A DNA stretch of 64,000 nt from Styela clava (lineage: Eukaryota), in NCBI RefSeq assembly GCF_964204865.1, contig NC_135253.1, positions 3,782,001 to 3,846,000 of the forward strand, in the 5' to 3' direction. The translations under genes were made by a program, and so were the position numbers. The notes under the pieces are model-generated. The model was given only the letters and a program-made list of their open reading frames with translations. It did no database searches and was not told the DNA's origin. Within the stretch, counting starts at the first letter, position 1, and the number at the start of each line of letters is the position of its first letter. This document shows positions 24,989 to 64,000 of the stretch, one piece after another.

Positions 24989-25454
24989 TTTTAAACTGAA
25001 CTAACCGAAAACGACAAAAGAACCCAACACCCCAATCCATGATATGTGCATAGACTGCTATGGAACATTCAATCCATTTACCAAGCTTGTTTTTTAGTAA
25101 AAAAAACGTCACTGTGTTACTTTTGCAACGTAATTGAACTAGGCCTACAGCATCACCATTTTTCGGCAGCGAGTGTTCTTTAATCCATATATCTGTAGGA
25201 AAAGCACATACACGTCTCACATTTTAATTTGAATTTATAAGATATTGCCCGATGTCACTTCGTGTTTTTGTTTTATTGTGTTTTGACTGTTTTGGGGGGA
25301 CGGGCACGTACTTGTACGTATTTAACTTTATTATTAAGTTATGTCCTCCGTAACCGTCCTCCAGGTTCTCTGTATTTCGTTTGCCCTTTGTTGTTGTTTT
25401 GTTTGTATCAGAGTGACCAAATAAAATTGATTGATTGAAACCTTATTTATTGTA

Positions 25455-25612
25455 GGTTCCATTACGTTTGAACCCACGACAATTGCACCTATGAAAAAAT
25501 TTTTTACGGATATTTGAGCCCATACTAACACTAACCCATGGATTTTGGCACCCTCATATAGATTGAACCCGTTGATATACGGGTGCAAATGTATGGGTTC
25601 AAATGTACGGTT
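25455..25612. mobile_element. Second, internally deleted copy of the 8168 MITE family
   Basis: GGTTCCATTACGTTTGAACCCACG...ATAGATTGAACCCGT...GGGTTCAAATGTACGGT aligns with 8168-8370. Confidence 0.8.
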
Positions 25613-27075
25613 TTACAATACTCGAGTTTTTTGATAAACCATTTAGTAACACGACCTGTGACGAATATCCAATACACCTATAATATCATATATGTTCTTC
25701 AAATTTATTATAAACAGTTTCAATAAATAACTAAAAAGTTCGACTGCCGGTAATAAAAAAAGTGCTCCGGCGGTAATAGATATTCGCAATGGAAGTCGCA
25801 CACGGAAGAGTGAATGTACTTGAAGAATTGCACATTCTTCCGAACTTTTGGTGACACTAACCCAATTGCCCCTGTGCGCGCATGCTAAGATTTTATTGTC
25901 AACATTGTTGCGCACAATAATGCAACACCAACTCGCTATTATCACTTTATAGATGCTTGTGTAGTGTAGCGCAACCAACGCAATCATTCTTCCTGCCATG
26001 TCGGTGACTCGCCATATCTTAAAAAAGCCATCGATTGCATAACCAATTTAATTTATTTTTTGTTGATAGTGTCTTTATTTTTTGTTGATAGTGTCCTCCT
26101 GGAAAAGGTTGGCATAACGCAAAATAGAGTCAAGAAAACTTGCATTAACATCAGAATAAAAACACCAGCGTTATTTACGTCGAACACAGTGTTAAATTAA
26201 GATAAAACCCGACATCCACGATAAAAGGTAGTAAATTTATCATAAAGCTACACAGCATGTTTGAGCCGATAATACCAAATAATAGGAACATCTTAAATTA
26301 TAAAATCCATAAATTCTCTGAAAGACGAGAGATGGAAATTCCTTCTTCTGAACATTTTGAAAACCATAATTGAATAAGAATTGGGTCAAAAGAAATAGCA
26401 TTCAAAAAGTTTGAATATACATTTGACTTGTTGCTGATTGATTTTTTCATCAGGAATTGAATGTCGAAGCCAACTTTGAACTAACTGGCCATTGTCAACT
26501 GCTAACATGACCATTTTTCAGCTCAAACCAAAATTTTGATCTATTGCTGAACTAAAAAATGGACCTACCGTTATATATCCAGGATGCAAAATTTGCTATA
26601 AACAAAATTGAATAAAAATACTGTCTGCTGTGCCAAAATCACAACAAAGTGCTTCGTCTTAGTAAACAGATAGTATAAAGTATAAGTTTGAACAATATCA
26701 TTTGCTAAATTATCTTCCATACAATTCCCATTATACTATTTACACACCAACAGCTGGAAAAATATTTGATTCATTGTCTAGTTTACTCAGTGCAAAAATT
26801 ATAAAAATACATAATTGTTCATTGAATTGATAATTTTGATAAAGAACAAAAATTAAAAAATTTTGTAAATAAAAAGTATCAGTAAAACGAGCCTGATCAA
26901 CCAATATTGACATAAAAGGGTAAATGAAAAACCATCAACACAAATTTGTATAGGAAATGAATTTTTATCATAAAAACTGACTGCATATGCTGTTTTCTCG
27001 TTCAGAAAATTCACTCGACACCTTCGTTTTGATATAAAAATTACTGTGTATTCTGATACGGAATATAGTTAACAT

Positions 27076-28554
27076 TTATGATCCAATTTGTGTGGTGGGG
27101 TTTGTTCCAGCAGCTACCTCTCCATACTGTAAGACATAATACTGGTATACATATGCCAGGATTGCCATTGGTTGACCAACAATTAGAGAAAACCATACCA
27201 TCATGTTACCATAATGACCTGAGTATCTTGAAGAAACCCAATATGTGACAGCTGACAATGGGATTTGAGCTAACATGCCCATAAACGCCCAGAAAGGGAA
27301 AACATGAAGAGGAATCGAGACCATATATTCGTGGAAAAAAGCTGATAGTAGGAATACAGCAACTTGTGCGATAAACTTCGATCCACCTGATTTTAAAATA
27401 GGCTTGTAGACGTGTCTCGTACACCATTTGTGTACGGGTATATTCCATGCTTGCCAGAAATAAACAATTGTTTCTGAATTCCACCAATCTCGGTAAAATT
27501 CACGATCCGCGAAACGTAAAACTTCGGCAATAACATTTAGAACAGAATGGAAAAACCAGTAAAAGAAGATAAGCCACATAAAGTGATTAGGTATCGCAAG
27601 TCGAAGAAGTCTTTCCAACATTCTGCTTCCTTCCAGCTTATGTATGGGGGCGATGGCTTTTTGTAGAGTAGGAACAATCCATTGCTGACAAAGAGCTAAT
27701 TCAAGTTGCAGTAAAAACAACACTTCTATAATTCTTCTCAAGAGAAAAGCTCTTCGTATTTTTATGCTTCGTGGATAATTCAATTCATAGCATAGAGTTG
27801 GTGCGCACATAAAATAGTATAAATTTTTTATTGTTAAATTGTATGGGTATTGGACCTGAATTGCCTCTGGATTCAGTTTTTCATCGATCCTTGTATCTGG
27901 CATTGAAGCTGTGCGTCGAAGTTTTCTTTTTTGATTCGAAGCTTTGAGATAATCTTCCCGATACCAGCTATTTGCTTGTGCATAGGACCACAGTTTAACA
28001 AAGACAATGATGTACGTACCACATGCAAAGACTGAACCTATTGGGTGAGGTTCTAACATCAATATTTGCAATGGCGGAAGGACTACTACTCCTAATTGAT
28101 TTATTACATGGAACCCTATGCCAACGCTGTTTGAAATTTTGCTTCGGGCAACAGCTAGCTCTATGTAATATGCAACTACTATAAAAATATTGGAAGCGCA
28201 CATCAACAACACATTTGGCCACTCATATGGGTCTTGGAAAATCGCTGCAAGCCATTGAAAAGGATCAACCAATATTCCATATTTTAGAACATTTTCAAGA
28301 AATAATCTTGCATTGCTAATAGCAAGAAGTATGACACAGAGGTTCAAAAATCCGCGATAATCAGAGAAGCCACTTTTCGAGCTAAATAAAGAGTCTCTCG
28401 CTTCGTGACATATCTTTGTACCATAATGTGGCATTTCTTTAACGATTCTAGTGTTTTCCGTCTTTGCAGTATGTTCTGTGCCATTTTCATTTGCTCTTAG
28501 TTTAGCCTCCGATATGCTGACAGATCTATTGGTTCTTCGACGCACTGCAGGCAT
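27076..28554 (-). CDS. DGAT1: Diacylglycerol O-acyltransferase 1 (MBOAT family), intronless ORF, 492 aa
   Basis: CHEARDSLFSS, YRGFLN, APTLCYELNYPR, FADREFYRDWWN (FYxDWWN motif), SAFFHEY (catalytic His), GNMMVWFSLIVGQP; uninterrupted ORF. Confidence 0.96.
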   Translation of the reverse strand: MPAVRRRTNRSVSISEAKLRANENGTEHTAKTENTRIVKEMPHYGTKICHEARDSLFSSKSGFSDYRGFLNLCVILLAISNARLFLENVLKYGILVDPFQWLAAIFQDPYEWPNVLLMCASNIFIVVAYYIELAVARSKISNSVGIGFHVINQLGVVVLPPLQILMLEPHPIGSVFACGTYIIVFVKLWSYAQANSWYREDYLKASNQKRKLRRTASMPDTRIDEKLNPEAIQVQYPYNLTIKNLYYFMCAPTLCYELNYPRSIKIRRAFLLRRIIEVLFLLQLELALCQQWIVPTLQKAIAPIHKLEGSRMLERLLRLAIPNHFMWLIFFYWFFHSVLNVIAEVLRFADREFYRDWWNSETIVYFWQAWNIPVHKWCTRHVYKPILKSGGSKFIAQVAVFLLSAFFHEYMVSIPLHVFPFWAFMGMLAQIPLSAVTYWVSSRYSGHYGNMMVWFSLIVGQPMAILAYVYQYYVLQYGEVAAGTNPTTQIGS

Positions 28555-28586
28555 ATTGAATAATTGAAGGTATAAACAAATTAATA

Positions 28587-28600
28587 ACTGGAAATGAATG
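28587..28600 (-). other. Splice acceptor 33 nt upstream of the DGAT1 ATG (5'UTR intron or SL trans-splice site)
   Basis: cattcatttccag|TTATTAATTTG...ATG, with the AG at 28588-28589. Confidence 0.45.
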
Positions 28601-30439
28601 TTATATTTGGTATTAAGATGAATAAAATATCAAATTTGTAAAATACACATAATTGCTCAAGTATAATCAGAAATAAGCTCTGGGCGTTTCCTTATCCAGA
28701 ATACAATACTAGTCACCTCATGAGCTAGTACTAATATCTAACACATCACTAACAATTATTGCAGTAAACTTTATATTAATGATTAACATGCGACGACACC
28801 ATACTGAGGGTATACTAAACAAAACATGCCAACAATCAAAACAAATCATAAAATATCATATCAATGTTCAGTTACATAATGCCAATGTAGAATGAACCCA
28901 GATATATGCTATCATGTTTTGATTCAGATGAAAATCTCGAATGGTTAGTGTGACAAAAATTAAATTCAACTCGATTGATTATCAAGTTCCCAACTAACCC
29001 CAAAATGATGATTTTTGACATAACAGGATGGAGGGAATTCAATAATGATATGCTGAGCCCGATGTATACCCATCCAGAACTGAAATATCTCAGGAAATGG
29101 AGGGGGATTCTGTACTAAGTCAACATTAATCAAATCAATTGAAAGGAAGCGTTTACATTAATTGATTATTAAGTGAGAAATGAGTCTCTATTATTTTTGA
29201 GTGTGCATTATCTTGCTTTGAGCAAATTCTCTTGAAAAATACTGTAAACAGATATGGGAAGTTCAACATAAATATGTAAATACTGCATCAAAGCACAAGC
29301 TTGTCTTAACATATCCGCACAAAGGCTATGTGTTCATAGTGCTTTACAATAAGCTAGAACACATACTGCCTTGCATATATATGGCAGTAATGGCATGCAA
29401 TAGTTGTGCTAGATTTACCAGGCCATAAAGAATCGAAGAGGGTTTTTATTACTTCATTGCTAAAAAGGGGCCTCACAAATGGCATAGCATAAAGGCCTAT
29501 CATCATCTAAATCCGGCCCTGAATATAACAGGTAACTTTGTTAACCATTACCCTACATTAAGACAGTTTGCATCGCATGAATGTATAAACATTTAAATAC
29601 GACCATGTCGTGTACTTTACAATATAATGTAAGTAAACATAGTACTGTAGTACCGGTATTAACTAAGATCAATAATGTAAGAAGAATAATTAATTATTGA
29701 AAGAATACCATGAGAATGAATTTTAATGAAATGCCTGAATTGAAAAGCATTGCTTTTTAACCTTCATACACCCAAATTATTAAAGCACGATGAATATCTA
29801 TAATTACGGAGGATGGCAAACATTTAAGTAATAGGCTGCATCAATGAGATTCACAAGAGTAGAAAAATTGCCTGACTGTATGCTTAAAAAACATGCCCAT
29901 TTTTGTTGGTTGAACGGTAAATTGCAATATGTCTGTATGTAGAACGCGGGTCTCGTGAAGTACACGCCGCAAGTACCGGTACTTCTAGTTGACCTGGCTC
30001 GACAATTTTTGTATATGTCCTTCCTAACTACGCTCATGTGATAGTTGACAAAACATGTTAGAATAACTGCGCTATTTCTATATTTATTATAAAAATAGTC
30101 TATAACTCGACGTGGAACTTTCCGCCTCCTTTCGTTACCAAAATTGATAAAATAAAATCAACCACCACAAAAGAATAAGTAATGAAGATCGAATCAATTC
30201 ACAATCTAACCAGCAACGCGCCTCGAAATGGACTTTGGACCGACTTTCGCATGTTCGGAACACGTACCTAAGTGATTTATCTGACGCAATCTCTAGTGTT
30301 GAAGTCGTGACATTGTATTATAATGTGTCTAGGTATGATCTGGTAGTACAATACCTCATGATTGTCAGTTTCTAGTCGCAATAAATATCAGTTTTACGTT
30401 GCAATAAATATTAGTTTTACGTTTCGCTTCGTTTACTTT

Positions 30440-30545
30440 TTGGCGGCGAGGAGTCCTTCAATCCTCTCGCATTTATTATCCCACACGGAATTCGAGGCGA
30501 TCAAGGTGCGATGGAAGGCGTATTCCCCACGCTTAACCAACCGAT
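30440..30545 (-). mobile_element. tRNA-derived SINE-like head fragment
   Basis: Minus strand TCGGTTGGTTAAGCGTGGGGAATACG...CATCGCA resembles 54877-54950 (+) GTGCGGTTAAAGCGTTAATAC...CATCGCA; A-box-like start. Confidence 0.4.
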
Positions 30546-33500
30546 TGGTGTGAATATTTCATATAAGAAAAGTACGTTAGTTTGGAATAATCAAACAGGC
30601 CGTGTGGGTGGTGTGCCTTTTCCTAATTTGCAAGGGTCGAACCCAACTACATAGCAATCGCCAGTAAAGACGAATATTTTTAGGTCCGGCTATGATCCTT
30701 CATCCCGAATCCAAGACACAAGTCATTTGTGATAATTAATATCGAACGCAAACAACAACAGACTCCTGAGACAACTAAACAAGGAATGATTACACATTTA
30801 CACGAAGTACAGCGGTCACGAAGAACGCTACGGAAAAAGCGGTACATGCATAAGCAAGTTGATTAAAGTTTTTACTTGTACATTTATATAACATGTAATG
30901 AAATCTAACGGAAACACTGACTAACTGGCGTAACCTTTTCCCGTTAACTGATCACGGCATTTAGCTATAGAATCCCGGGTTTCCAGCGAATCTCTTTGTA
31001 CGAATCGGATTCTATCTACAAACCCATCCTAACTTGTCACATGGTGTACATTAAGTGATTATTCAAACCAGCACTGCGTATCCCGGCTTTCTTTCACTTT
31101 CCGCTGCAGACTTTTACTGCCTTGGAAACGTGAACCCTCCGGTGACTAGTAATTTACAGTTGAACGGAACTCCAATAAAATAACCCAAAGTATGTCGTGT
31201 AGAGGAATTTTATTCGCATTTCCACATCACACTTCATAAGCATTGTTAGTTTTATTGATGTTGATGACTATTTGTCTTTGAGCAAAAAGAGATGTGTGCA
31301 AGTGAAACGATCTCTAGCTAGTACAAAGAAAACAAAAACAATATATATAATAAGAATATTGTAATAGTAGTAGTAATAGAAGAATAATCATCATCGAAGG
31401 GTAACAATACTAACAGGCGTAAGAAGGTGAACAACGACAATATCATTAAAATTATTGGTAGAAACACTAGAATAAAAATAGGCTGAAAACAAGACAAAAT
31501 CGGTCAATATTAATTGTTTAGAAATTATAATGTCCATGCATGAAAATAATTTGTGGATTGTCTAAATAATATAAAATAAGCCAAAAATAACAATCACCAA
31601 CTATTTTATGAAAAAGGAAACAAAATCTGAAATTATATAGTGAGTAACTCAATTGCTTACTTGCTTGCTATGTTCCTTGAGAAAAGAATTTCTATAAAAC
31701 CAAAATAATATTGTTAGGTACAGAAAAAATCAGTTATTATTGAATAACCAAGCCACTGAACTAATAATGGTGGGGCAATCTATAAGACAAGAAAATTTTA
31801 TTGATTATATTATACTGGACATACAAAAATTAGCGAACCCAGTATTGTGAAATGAAAACAATTATTAAGTAATCTGCAACATGCATTTAAAATTAGGGCA
31901 ACATTCTTATTTTGATGAATATCTATATTTTGCATTGAATGCGAATACGAAAGGGCTACATTCATATATGATCCTGTATTTGCAAAATAAACTAAATTTC
32001 ATGTATATGAAGAGAAAAAGAGAATTAATTGTTTAAAAACATTGGGATGCAATCACCAGCTTAAAATAGCACAAACAAAAAACTCTACATATCTTAAGAT
32101 GAATGAATTAAGGTGACCTAAACAGTCATTTATAATAACACTTTCTTATAATATTTGGCTTGAATGGCAAACTGAAAGAGAAAACTTTCAACTTGGGTTC
32201 ATATTCAGTGACCCACGGAATATAAACAAATCAAAATTGCTGAAAAAGTACAGAATTTGCCACTTTTTGCAAGCTTTTATTATTTCAATTGCTTATAAAA
32301 ATTAATTTATAATTTATTCAACCTCGAGCAATACTTTTGCAAGTTTCAAATAAGCTTTTACTGTGGCGGATTGTGTTCACATTACTGAATTATTGCATAA
32401 AAGTATAAATGCAGAGTCAGGACAGGTTTGATTCATCTTATTTTGACAAAAAGTAAAGGGACAGCTTAACATGAATCCGAAATTTGTTACAGAGGCAGAG
32501 ATTTTCATAAAATTACAACCACCATTTCCAAATAGCGTGCTTCTTTACAGAGTTTTTCAATGCATTATATTTGTAAAACAGCTTAAAGTGAAGATCAATA
32601 AACTGGACAAGTGATTAATTTCGTTATAAGGAAAAACCTTCTACTTACAACCCAACTTTCTACAAAAATACCAACGTTTAATACATCACCAAGCATGAAC
32701 ATTCCTTGTAACAACAAACCGATTCCAACATAAATAAACAAAACTATGGTTACTAACCATACCAAATCAATTCTGAAAACCAATACTCAAGACATTCTTC
32801 TAACAAATCTCGAACCCAAATATCAATATCACACCAAACAATGAAGATTTAATTTAAGTAGTGCCACTGTGAAATGGTTTGAAAACTAATATTCATACCA
32901 AAAAAAAATAAACCAGGATGAAAACACAAGATTGCCAGGCACTACCCAGTCCAGGTTTATCCTATTTATGAAATGCCAAAAATGACTTATTTAACCTTGT
33001 ATTATCACAAGGCCAATCTTCGACTGACACTAAGAAATTGACCGCTGTTTAAATTCAAATCTATATATTTTCGCTTTTACACATTTAGAATGTAAATATC
33101 CAATAGTTCATAAATTTGTTACAAATACTTTTTAACAATAATTTAACACACATACCCATAGTGCCTTAAAATCAATGTAACAGCCATATCATCAGATGGA
33201 AAAAGGTAAGATACATAAAAAAATAAAGAAAAAAACAAACTCAAAAATTAAACTTACAGCTGCCAACCGCAAAAATAAGAATTTTAATGATGTCAGTTTG
33301 GCAAAGTGAAATGACGAACATTAGTGCAAATTAAAGTATGAATCAGCTTCCTCAAAAGGAATTATACAAGTATATATGTCTCATTCAAAAAAGACATTTT
33401 ATAATTTTCCAAGCGAGAATAGGTATATTATTTATACAATAAGTGAAAAATCAATAAGTTAATCAAATATACTTTATACAACAACCCACAATAACATGTT

Positions 33501-33855
33501 CTAGTCCCGTTAGCAAATCCGCTCTTTACAAATGAGGAAAATTCAAAATAATATTTGATGCAAAACGTTACTTCATACAGAAAAATCACATTCGAACAAA
33601 GATTGAGAATTAAGGGTTGACAGTTCAGTAGCAAACATCTTGATTTAGTCTTTGCCGCTAAAATATTATAGAGTGTATTCTGACCATTTATACAATTTGT
33701 TGGTTAAAACTCAACCTCTTGGCTTGTGACATGGGTACAGAGTATCAATACAGAAAACCACCGACATTCTCTGTTGTAAAGCAATTAAGCAGAACAGGAA
33801 CACAATAGTTGCAGAGTGAGAAAGTTTTGAAGGATGTGATAACGGACGGTCAAGA

Positions 33856-63030
<29,175 letters not shown>

Positions 63031-64000
63031 CTGTAAAAAAAAGTAGAGCTTAGTTGCATGTTTACAACCCGGGGAAGAATTTTGCATGTATTTTCTGTAG
63101 TAGCCTATTCCTAATATTCTTTAGTTCTTTATTATTATTTATTTATGCAAACATTATTACCTACTGTACAAAAGCTGGGGTGAGACTTGCGCATGACACT
63201 AGCTAAGGATCTATTTAAGATAGAGGACAAGAGTTTTTATACGCAAAGTGAGGGATGAATAAAGAGTTTTAAAATAAGCAAAGGCCTTTTGACACCTTTT
63301 TCCTGATAGCAAAATCAATATTAAGTGTTTTTTAAATTAAGAGAACCACAATATAGAATTTTTATGAGAGGAAAAGGATATTAAAAAATTATCATAACTG
63401 TAAAATTTTTTTTTTTTTTACATAAATTTATCTACAGTCATTAATTTTCACTCCAGATATCAGTAATATAAAAAATGTGCAAAAACGGTTTATATTCAAC
63501 AATTTTCACCACAGATTAGAAAATTTATATTTCAAAAATAGTCATGGTAGAACAAATTTCAATTGGCAAAAAATGTACATTTTTCCAGAATACGCTCGTA
63601 GTTGTGACTAATGTTGTAATAAAATGACCCATATCGAGTTGATTCACTATTTAGGTTTGGTCATATTAGAGTTATTTCCTGAGAGGTGTAAAAATAAAAC
63701 ATCTTGAAACAGAAAGCTGGTATTGATGTTATTTTTAAAATGACTAAGCTGAATGACTGTACATTTAAACTATTTTATTCTCCAATAAAAGACATGGATA
63801 TCATCTACCTAAAAATATATAACAGTTACGATAAATAATGAACAGGTTGTCCTGGCTCACAAAAAGTACCCAAAAAAATCAACCTATAAACCCAAAATTC
63901 CTAATTTCTTGTAGAATTCTAATTTATTTAATACTTTCTATTCTAAAACCTAGGGTTCTTTGCTCAAAATTTATGTTCCAAAGTTTTATCTTTGAGGTCA

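Noticed and set aside
30860-33855. Iron-responsive element in the MRCK 3'UTR, as known for human CDC42BPA
   Set aside because: The minus-strand CAGUGN loops I found (~30916, ~31072, ~31754, ~32864) lack a paired 5-bp upper stem and the bulged C. Non-canonical IREs were not excluded.

Overview
AT-rich, intron-containing animal genomic DNA. An invertebrate chordate, probably an ascidian, is inferred from the chordate-like MRCK C-terminus, vertebrate-type reticulon exon sizes, short introns and MITE content. There are three protein-coding genes, all on the minus strand. (1) A reticulon gene (~1804-16415) with a four-exon RHD and a set of alternative phase-1 N-terminal exons, including up to four candidate first exons and a 15-nt microexon. 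(2) An intronless DGAT1 ORF (27076-28554). (3) The 3' 33 coding exons of an MRCK/CDC42BP kinase (33856-63030; its 5' end lies beyond the window), including a second, frame-neutral CRIB exon. Between reticulon and DGAT1 lie a nest of DNA transposons (hAT MITEs with 8-bp TSDs, a decayed Charlie/GTF2IRD2-type hAT transposase, a Helentron/HINE-like element), a decayed coding-like stretch of unknown identity and a frameshifted intronless SmG (SNRPG) copy. Most short ORFs in the supplied track are antisense or intronic noise, or fragments of these exons. Exon boundaries were read by hand and are phase-consistent, but none has transcript support here.
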